Part shown: piece after piece, positions 56,494 to 64,000 of the stretch
How the letters are laid out: each line of letters begins with the position of its first letter
Numbering within the stretch: the first letter of the stretch is position 1
Source of the DNA: Candidatus Melainabacteria bacterium
Lineage (GTDB): Bacteria > Actinomycetota > Actinomycetes > Mycobacteriales > Pseudonocardiaceae
NCBI GenBank assembly: GCA_963780635.1
Contig: CAWACW010000002.1
Coordinates: 24,667-88,666, forward strand
DNA length: 64,000 bases
Reading direction: 5' to 3'
Notes under the pieces: generated by a model
The model's input: the letters and a program-made list of their open reading frames with translations, nothing else
Database searches by the model: none
Told to the model about the DNA's origin: nothing
Position numbers and translations under genes: made by a program

Positions 56494-57473
56494 ATGACAT
56501 CACCCGACGACGACCCGGCGGCGTTCCGGGAATACGTACGCGAAGAGCTGGCTCGGCGGCTGCGTCCGCGAACCGAGGGCGCGGCGCCCCACCTGTACGG
56601 CATCCGCGACGACGATACGCAGCGGCTCGCCGGGCGTGAGTTCCTGCTCGCGTTCGCCGACCTCGGATGGGCGACCCCACACTGGCCCGCCAGCCACGGC
56701 GGCGCCGGCTTCAGCCCCGCGCAGGCGAGCATCATCGGTCAGGAACTCGCGGCGTTCGACGTGCCGGACCTGTACCCGTACGACGTCGGGCTGCGCATGG
56801 TCGCATCAGTGCTGTTCAAGCACGGCACACCGGAACAGCGGCAACGCTGGCTGACGCCGATCAGGCTGGGCGCACAGGTGTGGTGCCAGCTCTTCTCCGA
56901 GCCGGAGGCAGGTTCGGATCTCGCGTCGCGTCGCGTGGCGCGTCGCGTCGCGTCGCGTCGCGTCGCGTCGCGTCGCGTCGCGTCGCTGCGCGTCGCTGCG
57001 CTGCGCTGCGGTGCGGTGCGGACCGGAAACGGCTGGCGACTGTCCGGACGCAAGACGTGGTCGAGCAGGGCAACATACGCCCAGTGGGGACTGTTGTTGG
57101 CACGCAGCGATCCCGAGGCCGAGCGCCACCATGGCATCACAGCCTTCGCCGTCCCGATGTCGGCAGCGGGCGTCACGGTGTCGCCCATCAAGCAGATGAA
57201 CGGCGACGAACACTTCGCCGAGGTGCGACGATGGCCCGCGGCCAGACACCGGGCCCGGAGGGATCGGGCTCGAAGCTGCGCACGGCCGCGGCCATGCGCC
57301 GTGTCGCCGACGTGGCCCTGCGCGTGGTCGGTCCCGCCGCCCTCACCGACGACACCTTCTGGACGGCGCTCGCACTGACGACGCCCTCGATGTCGGTACG
57401 TGGAGGCACCGACCAGATCCAGATGAACATCATCGGTGAGCGGGTACTGGGCCTTCCCCGCGAACCACGATGA
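56494..57473 (+). pseudogene. acyl-CoA dehydrogenase with in-frame microsatellite insertion, frameshift and internal deletion
   Basis: GGAAGGA plus ATG at 56494. ..QLFSEPEAGSDLAS[repeat-encoded RRVARRVASRRVASRRVASLRVAALRCGAV]RTGNGWRLSGRKTWSS... After ..NGDEHFAEV the frame breaks (about 57230). The C-terminus ..SMSVRGGTDQIQMNIIGERVLGLPREPR resumes in another frame with roughly 100 aa missing. Confidence 0.7.
56921..57021. repeat. GCGTCG hexanucleotide microsatellite (about 10 units) degenerating into GCTGCG/GGTGCG units
   Basis: Read directly: ..tcgcgtcgcgtcgcgtggcgcgtcgcgtcgcgtcgcgtcgcgtcgcgtcgcgtcgcgtcgcgtcgctgcgcgtcgctgcgctgcgctgcggtgcggtgcgg.. Confidence 0.9.
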
Positions 57474-57651
57474 CCAACTCGGCCAGCATTCCTGGCCAAT
57501 GCCCATGCTTCGCCCAATCGATGCGGTCCGAATCTCCAGTTGAGCGATCTCGACCCGTGCCCCCGCGGGCAGACGGCGGAGATGTGGGACGTCGCGCCAC
57601 ATCGCCTTGGTACGGATTGCCTGTCTGAGTTCAGTAGGCCGCCTGCGCGGC

Positions 57652-58236
57652 ATGGATGCCTTTTCGACGGAGACGAGACCAACTGCGATGACGTACTACC
57701 CCGACAGCTACGGGCGGCTCGCGATCCATGAGATCGCCGACGTCACGCTCTATGGTCGTGTCAACCCGAGCTGGCCCTACTGTGACGGTACGATCCGCCC
57801 CCCTCGAGTCGTCGTGCAGGATGGTGTCGTGCCAGACAGTGAGTCGACGCCGACCTACGACGCTGCGTTTGACGAGCTCGCGGGCGTGCTGCTCGAGGAG
57901 TCGTATGTACTGGCAATCCATGAACACGATGGCACCGTCGAGTTCTCTCTCGACGCAGTGTTGACGCCCAGCCATCCGGCCTATCGCCCGCCCGCACCCG
58001 ATGAGCAGTACTACTATCGGCGCGGCCAGCTTGTCATTGTGGGCGCCGAGCGGCCTCGGCTCCGTCACAGTGATGCGCGGCCCGCGACCGATGCAACAGG
58101 CGAGGAAGACTTCGGCAACATCGACTCTCTGTATCCAGTTGATTCAAACGGCCGTGACAGGTGGGCCATGGAGGGCGACTGGGGTGAGCTCGAAGTGGTC
58201 GAACCGCTGATCAGGTTTGTGGTGCTAGACACCTGA
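57652..58236 (+). CDS. hypothetical protein
   Basis: ORF 57607..58236. ATG at 57652 or 57688 (MTYYPDSYGRLAIHEIADVTLYG..). Balanced composition. No family recognised. Confidence 0.45.
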   Translation: MDAFSTETRPTAMTYYPDSYGRLAIHEIADVTLYGRVNPSWPYCDGTIRPPRVVVQDGVVPDSESTPTYDAAFDELAGVLLEESYVLAIHEHDGTVEFSLDAVLTPSHPAYRPPAPDEQYYYRRGQLVIVGAERPRLRHSDARPATDATGEEDFGNIDSLYPVDSNGRDRWAMEGDWGELEVVEPLIRFVVLDT

Positions 58237-58283
58237 GTTCGAATGACGCTCTCGACCATGGGCCACCCGCGCCGCCCATGGGG

Positions 58284-59228
58284 TCACGAGTCGGGTGCGA
58301 CGTCTTGCGGGGTGAGGTCCGGACGTAGGCGCTGCACCTGGGGCCGTATGCGGCTGGTGAAGGCCAGGACCGCACCTTCGGCGCGGACTTCCACCACCAG
58401 CGTCTGGCGGACCGCACGGTATTCCGTCCAGCGAGGGGTGCCGAAGAGGCCTGTGGAGATCCTCTTGGGTGGGCCGTCGATGACCGTGAGGTGTTCTGCT
58501 GCCTGCGCCCGCAGTAGGGGCGGCAGAGCGTGGGACAGGCCGATCCGGCGCAGTCCGCCGGGTGTGTCGGGGCGGGCGAGCACCAGTTCCAGCGGCCGTT
58601 GCGGGTCTCCGGTGACGCCGATGACCACCGCCTCGACCACCACGGTGTAGCGGACCTTCACCCAGTCCCGGCCGCGCCCCGGCTGGTAGGGCCCGTCGAG
58701 TCGCTTGATCAGGACACCCTCGATGCCGACGGCCGCGGCGTGGGGCTGCATCCACGCGGCCAAGGCCTTGGCGCGGTCGGTCGTGCTGGGCATCAGCTGC
58801 AGCGGTGGCCGGACGCCCTCCATCAGCTTTGCCAGCCGGGCACGGCGATCCCGGTAGGGCCTGCCGCGGTGGTCGTGTCGACCAGCGGCCAGCAGGTCGA
58901 ATGCGACGAAATAGACCACCACGCCGCTGGCATTCCGGGTGTGGGGGCTGCCAGCCAGCGCACCAAAGTCCAGGCGGCCCTCGCGGGTGGCGACGATTTC
59001 GCCGTCGAGGACCACGTCGCCCACGGTCTGTCCAGCGGTGATCAGCTCAGGAAACCGGCCGGCGAGGTCGTGGCCTTGGCGGGACTGCAGCACGCCCTGC
59101 CGGCTGAACAAAAGGCCGCGCCACCCGTCGAATTTCGGCTCATAGGCCGCCGGGTACCGTGCGGCGCTCGGCACCTGCTTCTCCGCGCGAGCCAGCGCCA
59201 GCTCCACCGGCGAGTGCAACACGGCCAT
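58284..59228 (-). CDS. ATP-dependent DNA ligase (LigC / LigD ligase-domain type)
   Basis: YEPKFDGWRG (motif I KxDG), VLDGEIV (III), IEGVLIKR (IV) and RDWVKVR (V). 314 aa. Confidence 0.85.
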   Translation of the reverse strand: MAVLHSPVELALARAEKQVPSAARYPAAYEPKFDGWRGLLFSRQGVLQSRQGHDLAGRFPELITAGQTVGDVVLDGEIVATREGRLDFGALAGSPHTRNASGVVVYFVAFDLLAAGRHDHRGRPYRDRRARLAKLMEGVRPPLQLMPSTTDRAKALAAWMQPHAAAVGIEGVLIKRLDGPYQPGRGRDWVKVRYTVVVEAVVIGVTGDPQRPLELVLARPDTPGGLRRIGLSHALPPLLRAQAAEHLTVIDGPPKRISTGLFGTPRWTEYRAVRQTLVVEVRAEGAVLAFTSRIRPQVQRLRPDLTPQDVAPDS

Positions 59229-59493
59229 GGCGTGGTTCTCGCGTTACCCGGCGAACGGGCGGGTTCGGATCGGGCGGCGCGCGGCACCCGCGCCGCCACC
59301 GGTCCCGGACTGTCTCACCAGGACATCATCGCCCTAATTGTGCTGGTCAGCTCGCTGAAACGGCCTGCACCTCCACGTGGGGCGGGCCAGTCCACCTGAC
59401 CGGACACGTCGGCGCACACAAAACCATCGGTTCTCCCGCCTGGCCGCGGATGTTGGTGTCGAGCGGCTACCGCGAACGGGCACGAAGGCGTAG

Positions 59494-59700
59494 CACTGGC
59501 AGGGCACCGCGCTCGGGGCGGACGACCGCCTGACCGTGCTCCTGGCCGGCGACGGCGGCTTCATGCAGTGCGCGGCCGAACTCGCGACGGCCGCGCGACA
59601 CCGCATCCCGCTGCTGGTGTTGCTGCTCAACGACGCCGCCTACGGCATGGAATACCGCAAGCTCACCGACTTCGGCGACGACCTGGATTCAGTGGGAACT
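59494..59700 (+). pseudogene. fragment of a thiamine-diphosphate enzyme (acetolactate-synthase-like TPP-binding domain)
   Basis: ..LTVLLAGDGGFMQCAAELATAARHRIPLLVLLLNDAAYGMEYRKL.. is the GDG-X24-N(D/N) TPP motif. It is preceded by an in-frame TAG at 59491 and followed by unrelated lower-GC sequence. Confidence 0.5.
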
Positions 59701-60343
59701 GAAGTTATCGTGCTAAATCTTAGAGATGGCGTGATGGCACAACTGGCGCGCAGACTCCGCCATGGCGCTGCTGACGTGTGGACGCCGGGCGCCGGCCTGG
59801 GGCACCACGCCGCGAGGGTGCGGTCCGCGGCTCTCGACGGTTCCTGCGCGCCGGCGCGGATCGCGGCCGTCACAGACTATTCGCAGGACCGCCTGGGTAC
59901 CTACACGTCCTGCTGGCCAACGGTCTCATGATTCGGTCGCGCTCCACCGTGACCGCGGTCGGCTCGCTGGAGCGCACGGCGACGGTCCTCGGCGTCACAG
60001 ACCTGCGCGCGATCCGGCGAAGAGACCCGGCATCGAACGCGAAGCCTTTTCATGGTGGCTGTCCGAACAGGAATGGCGCGCGCGGCCCGGCAAACAACGC
60101 GGCACACGGTGGGCTTTACGGGCCACCGTGCAGGAGCAGACCAGCTGACAATCGGGATACACGGAGTCGGGCCGCGATCCAGGTACGGCCGGTTCCCCGT
60201 GCGAGCGACAGACGGCGAGGAGCACGACCACGTGCCGCGGTTCCTGCTACGTCACTTCACCGACGAGCGGGAGGGCAGCTCGCGGTACACCGTACCGACA
60301 GTGACGAGCAACAAACGAAAGATCCCAGCCCTGCGGTACCTAG

Positions 60344-60577
60344 TCAGGCCGCTTGGCTAGATAGGACACCGATGATCGAAGCGGTGAGAACGCGATAGCG
60401 TCTGCCGACCTTGATCACTCTTACCGGGAACTCGCCCCGACTAACCAAGTCGTACGAGTGACTGCGACTAAGGCCGAAGACAGCACCCGCTGTGGGAACG
60501 TCAACCGTCGCCGGCCACCCCTGAATCTCGGTCAGCGTGGGCGGCAACCGGGCGGACTCAGACCGCTCAATCGACAT
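60344..60577 (-). CDS. excisionase/MerR-superfamily HTH DNA-binding protein (Xis-like)
   Basis: 77 aa. ..TVDVPTAGAVFGLSRSHSYDLVSRGEFPVRVIKVGRRYRVLTASI.. is typical of actinobacterial Xis/AlpA-like proteins. Confidence 0.65.
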   Translation of the reverse strand: MSIERSESARLPPTLTEIQGWPATVDVPTAGAVFGLSRSHSYDLVSRGEFPVRVIKVGRRYRVLTASIIGVLSSQAA

Positions 60578-60903
60578 GGCGAGTCCCTACGTTCAGTATC
60601 CGATCGTCGGAGCGATAACGAGCGGCGCTCAGACTGCCTGCGTTACACCGAGCACCAGCCGCCCCGGTCCACGCGCCCAGTGCTGCATCATCACAGGGCC
60701 CGACGGTTGCTGCCGTGCCCATACCGGCCTTAACAATCGGTCGCCGCAACGGACCGGTCGCGCTACACGTGCGTCCCGGGCAGTCGGCGAGCATCCTTCC
60801 CCCAATAGTCATGTCCTCTAGGATACACCTAAGTCATTGGCCAGTCACTAGCGAGACGGACAGGGGTCCGAGTACTCCTTGGCACCAGACCAAGGGGAGG
60901 AGG

Positions 60904-61560
60904 ATGCCTGTGCCGATACCGTCATCAGTGTTGCGGCGCCAGCGACCTGATCCGTATCGTCCGAGTGTGCCTCGCGTGCCAAAGAACTTCCGGATCGACT
61001 CGGTGGCCATCGAGCCGGTCCCGCCGAAGGGCTACTTGGCGACAGGTCCAGACAGCGCCATACCATCTCGCTTTGAGGCGCATTTCGCCCTCGGCCTTCC
61101 CGAGGCGAGCGTCACGATTGAGGTTTTTGTGCACCCGGACCTTGGGCCGGTCGTGCTCGATATCGCGATTCGGACGAAGGCGGATGCACCGATCACCACA
61201 TCCCTGCTCCGACAGATCCTCGTCGACCAACTGTTGCAACGGGCAGTGCGAGAGGCCACTGTACCTGCCGCCGTGCGGGCGGAATGGCTCGAATCCCTGC
61301 CTGCTCCCTTCCGGGACGCGGCCCAGTCGACCGACACTTCGCGCGAACCGACCCTGACAGCCGAGGAGCGCACGCGCAACCGGTTCGATGACGATGCGCG
61401 GATAGCGGCGCAGCTTTATCAAGAGGCCGTGGTAGCGGGGCGCCGAGGACCCACATTGGCAGTGGCGCAGGCGATGAACCGCTCCAGAGCACAAGCGGCT
61501 CGCTACATTCGTCGAGCGCGTCAACTCAACTTGCTACCTCAGCCCGAGTCAACCGTGTAG
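60904..61560 (+). CDS. hypothetical protein (218 aa)
   Basis: GGAGGAGG plus ATG at 60904. The C-terminal ..MNRSRAQAARYIRRARQLNLL.. looks HTH-like. The tracked ORF upstream of 60904 is unconvincing. Confidence 0.45.
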   Translation: MPVPIPSSVLRRQRPDPYRPSVPRVPKNFRIDSVAIEPVPPKGYLATGPDSAIPSRFEAHFALGLPEASVTIEVFVHPDLGPVVLDIAIRTKADAPITTSLLRQILVDQLLQRAVREATVPAAVRAEWLESLPAPFRDAAQSTDTSREPTLTAEERTRNRFDDDARIAAQLYQEAVVAGRRGPTLAVAQAMNRSRAQAARYIRRARQLNLLPQPESTV

Positions 61561-61703
61561 TACTGAGTACTGAGCAAGACTCTCTGCCCTGACCGCACAT
61601 CGATCGAGCATGGATGTATCGGCCGTGACCTGCATGTTTATCGCTGTCCGCACGTGCAGCGGAGCCAACCTCACGAACGGTACGACGGCGTGACCGCCAG
61701 TTG

Positions 61704-62327
61704 TCAGTGCCAGCCCGGTCCTTCCAGGCGCGGCCCAGCGATCACTTGTCCGGTCGCAGTGTCCACAACGAGTGCCGCCGGAGATTCGCCCAACAGCTCA
61801 CCGGTGCAATGGATGCCGTCGGCGTCTACGCGCACGACTCGTAGGTCATCGACTGCAAGGCGCGGAGAGCGCCAGGCGATACCCGCCGGTCCGATCGCCA
61901 CGATGTCCATGAACCTGATCAGCAGAACTAACGGCGGGTCGGCCACGGGCACGACCTGCGCAACCTGGTCGTGCACGATGACCGCACCGTCCTGCGGCGC
62001 GTCAACGCGCGCCAGATAGACCTGACCATCCGCCACGACGCACATCTGTGCGGGCGCCGGCCCTGCGAAAACACCTTCCACACCACCCAACCCGCCCGCG
62101 GGGAACATGCCAACCCACCCTGGTGCGCCCGCCTGGCTCACACGCACGACCAGCGGTGCGCCCCACCGCGACACGAACTCGCCCGCCACATGACCTTCAC
62201 GGTCGAACGAGAACACCGGGCAATGCCAGTCACCATCGGACGGGAACTCTGGGTCGACCTCGACGCTATAGACAGCCTCGAAGCCGAGGCTCTGAAACTT
62301 CCGGACATCGCCACCGCGCATAGCCAC
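61704..62327 (-). CDS. hypothetical protein (207 aa) downstream of dnaE2
   Basis: Intact ORF with balanced composition. Starts 20 nt after the dnaE2 stop. No family recognised. Confidence 0.45.
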   Translation of the reverse strand: MAMRGGDVRKFQSLGFEAVYSVEVDPEFPSDGDWHCPVFSFDREGHVAGEFVSRWGAPLVVRVSQAGAPGWVGMFPAGGLGGVEGVFAGPAPAQMCVVADGQVYLARVDAPQDGAVIVHDQVAQVVPVADPPLVLLIRFMDIVAIGPAGIAWRSPRLAVDDLRVVRVDADGIHCTGELLGESPAALVVDTATGQVIAGPRLEGPGWH

Positions 62328-62346
62328 ATCCTGCCGATGCTGGCGG

Positions 62347-64000
62347 TCAGCGGAAATCGCGGGACTTGCCGATCGCGCGTACGTCCAACGCCGCGACCTG
62401 GTCGGCGTCCAGGTTGAGCACGCCGTGCTCGTTGCGCAGGATGCCCCGCACCAGCACGCCGAGGGCGGCGCGCCAGGTCTGCCGGTAGCGGTCCCAGCAC
62501 CCGGCGGAGACGATCACGTTCAGCATCCCGGTTTCGTCTTCCAGGTTGATGAAGGTGACCCCGCCGGCGGTGGGTGGGCGTTGCCGGTGGGTGATCGCTC
62601 CGCCGACCAGGACCCGGGTACCCGACTCGATCGCGGCCAGCTCGCCCAGCGGCCGCGCGCCCTCCTTCGTGAGGTGATCGCGCAGCGGCTGGATCGGGTG
62701 CGTGGTCGGCGACATGCCCGTCGCCCACACGTCCGCGGCCAGCAGTTCCCACGCGCTCATCCCGGGCAAGGCCGGCGCTGGGGCGACCACCGCAGTGCCG
62801 GGCAGCGCGTCGGGGCGTTGCCGGGCAGCGGCGCCGGCTGTCCACAGTGCCTGGCGGCGGTCCTGGCCCAGCGAGGTGAACGCGCCGGCGGTGGCCAGCG
62901 CGGCGAGCTGGTCCTCGCGCAGCCCGCACCGCTCGACCAGCTCGACCTGATCCCGGAATGGCCCGCCGGTGGTGCGGGCGGTGACGATCCGCTGCGCAGT
63001 CTCTTCGTCGATCAGCCGCACCCCGGCGAGCCCGATCCGCACGGCCTGGCCGCCGGTGGAGTCGGGGTCGGGTTCGAGGTCGGCGTGCACGTTGCTGGCG
63101 TGCAGGTCCACCCCACACACCGCGACGCCGTGGCGGCGGGCGTCGGCGACCAGCGACTGGGGGGAGTAGAAGCCCATCGGCTGGGCGCGTAGCAGTCCCG
63201 CGCACAACGCCGCCGGGTAGTAGTACTTGAGCCAGGCGCTGGAGAACACCAGGTGCGCGAACGCCAGCGCGTGGGACATCGGGAAGCCGTAGCCGGAGAA
63301 CGCCTGGATCTGGGTGAAGATCGTGTCCGCGACCTCGCCGGTGATCCCGTTGGCGGCCATCCCGTCATACAGCCGGCCGCGCAGCCGCTGCATCTTCTCC
63401 TGCGAGCGTTTGGAGCCCATCGCGCGGCGCAGCTGGTCGGCCTCGGCCGCGGTGAACTCGGCGGTGTCCATGGCCAGCTGCATCACCTGTTCCTGAAACA
63501 GCGGCACCCCGAGGGTGCGATCCAGCGCGCCGGCCATCAGCGGGTGCGGATGCCGCCACGCTTCGCCGTTGCGGCGCGCGAGGTAGGGGTGCACGCTGCC
63601 GCCCTGGATCGGGCCGGGCCTAATCAGCGCGACCTGCACCGCCAGGTCCCACAGGGTGCGCGGCCGCAGCCGGGGCAGGGTGCCCATCTGGGCGCGGCTT
63701 TCCACCTGGAACACCCCGACCGTGTCCGCCGCGCACAGCATGTCGTACACGTGGGCATCGGCCAGGTCCAGGTGCGCGAGGTCGACGGTGACGTCGTGGT
63801 GGGCGGCGACCAGGTCGACCGCGTAGTGCACCGCCGAGAGCATGCCCAGCCCGAGCAGGTCGAACTTGACCAACCCGACGGTGGCGCAGTCGTCCTTGTC
63901 CCACTGCAGCACGGTCCGGCCGGGCATGCGGCGCCCATTCCACCGGGCACACCTCGCTGACCGGCCGATCCGAGAGCACCATGCCGCCGGAGTGGATCCC
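62347..64000 (-). CDS. dnaE2: error-prone DNA polymerase DnaE2 (ImuC), 3' part; gene continues beyond the window; frameshift at about 63930 as assembled
   Basis: ..VLQWDKDDCATVGLVKFDLLGLGMLS..VFQVESRAQM..ALIRPGPIQGG..FQEQVMQ.. and the DnaE2-type C-terminus ..THRQRPPTAGGVTFINLEDETGMLNVIV..SRDFR. The upstream reading ..HSGGMVLSDRPVSEVCPVEWA sits in another frame, consistent with one extra base in GCGCCGC at about 63928-63934. Confidence 0.88.
   Translation of the reverse strand, partial: GSTPAAWCSRIGRSARCARWNGRRMPGRTVLQWDKDDCATVGLVKFDLLGLGMLSAVHYAVDLVAAHHDVTVDLAHLDLADAHVYDMLCAADTVGVFQVESRAQMGTLPRLRPRTLWDLAVQVALIRPGPIQGGSVHPYLARRNGEAWRHPHPLMAGALDRTLGVPLFQEQVMQLAMDTAEFTAAEADQLRRAMGSKRSQEKMQRLRGRLYDGMAANGITGEVADTIFTQIQAFSGYGFPMSHALAFAHLVFSSAWLKYYYPAALCAGLLRAQPMGFYSPQSLVADARRHGVAVCGVDLHASNVHADLEPDPDSTGGQAVRIGLAGVRLIDEETAQRIVTARTTGGPFRDQVELVERCGLREDQLAALATAGAFTSLGQDRRQALWTAGAAARQRPDALPGTAVVAPAPALPGMSAWELLAADVWATGMSPTTHPIQPLRDHLTKEGARPLGELAAIESGTRVLVGGAITHRQRPPTAGGVTFINLEDETGMLNVIVSAGCWDRYRQTWRAALGVLVRGILRNEHGVLNLDADQVAALDVRAIGKSRDFR

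Noticed and set aside
56921-57021. Possible CRISPR array or minisatellite
   Set aside because: The unit is only 6 nt with no spacers, so it is a simple microsatellite. No repeat-spacer architecture occurs anywhere in the window.

Overview
High-GC actinomycete DNA with G/C-ending codons and many Arg/Pro-rich shadow ORFs on non-coding frames. No rRNA, tRNA or CRISPR array can be supported. The window falls into four blocks. (1) 1-24.3 kb is one minus-strand, largely translationally coupled module of an actinobacterial VirB4/VirD4-type conjugative element. It carries a small pilin-like membrane protein, a VirB6-like protein, an SCO6880-like protein, a VirB4-like ATPase, a coupling protein, DUF4913, a roughly 2,300-aa methylase plus SNF2-helicase giant, a UvrD-like helicase and several large unknowns. 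No relaxase, integrase or cell-wall hydrolase is in view. (2) 24.6-44.1 kb holds regulation and signalling genes. These are a LuxR-type STAND ATPase and an XRE regulator followed by a tightly coupled same-strand array: small ORF, DUF574-type SAM methyltransferase, zinc-ribbon ORF, Cys/Trp-rich 4xCxxC segment, two DUF3558 lipoproteins and conservon cvnABCD. A convergent prenyl-indole operon follows (two small ORFs, DMATS-type prenyltransferase, tryptophanase), then an XRE plus APH-fold kinase pair. (3) 44.6-51.4 kb is a compact class I FxLD-type lanthipeptide cluster with a 43-aa precursor, LanB, LanC and a SpaB_C-PIMT methyltransferase. (4) 51.6-64 kb is a patchwork. It contains a LigD-polymerase fragment, a CPBP protease trio, an XRE plus 2H-phosphoesterase pair, acyl-CoA dehydrogenase remnants with an in-frame hexanucleotide microsatellite, an ATP-dependent DNA ligase, a TPP-enzyme fragment, an orphan excisionase-like gene and the 3' two-thirds of dnaE2. 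The strongest leads are (a) a roughly 250-bp element present twice in direct orientation, each copy just upstream of a minus-strand biosynthetic operon, and (b) the extended conservon array with Cys-rich and zinc-ribbon ORFs. At least a dozen conserved genes are broken by single-base frameshifts, often at homopolymer runs. This is either assembly indel error or real decay, and every call on those genes depends on which it is.
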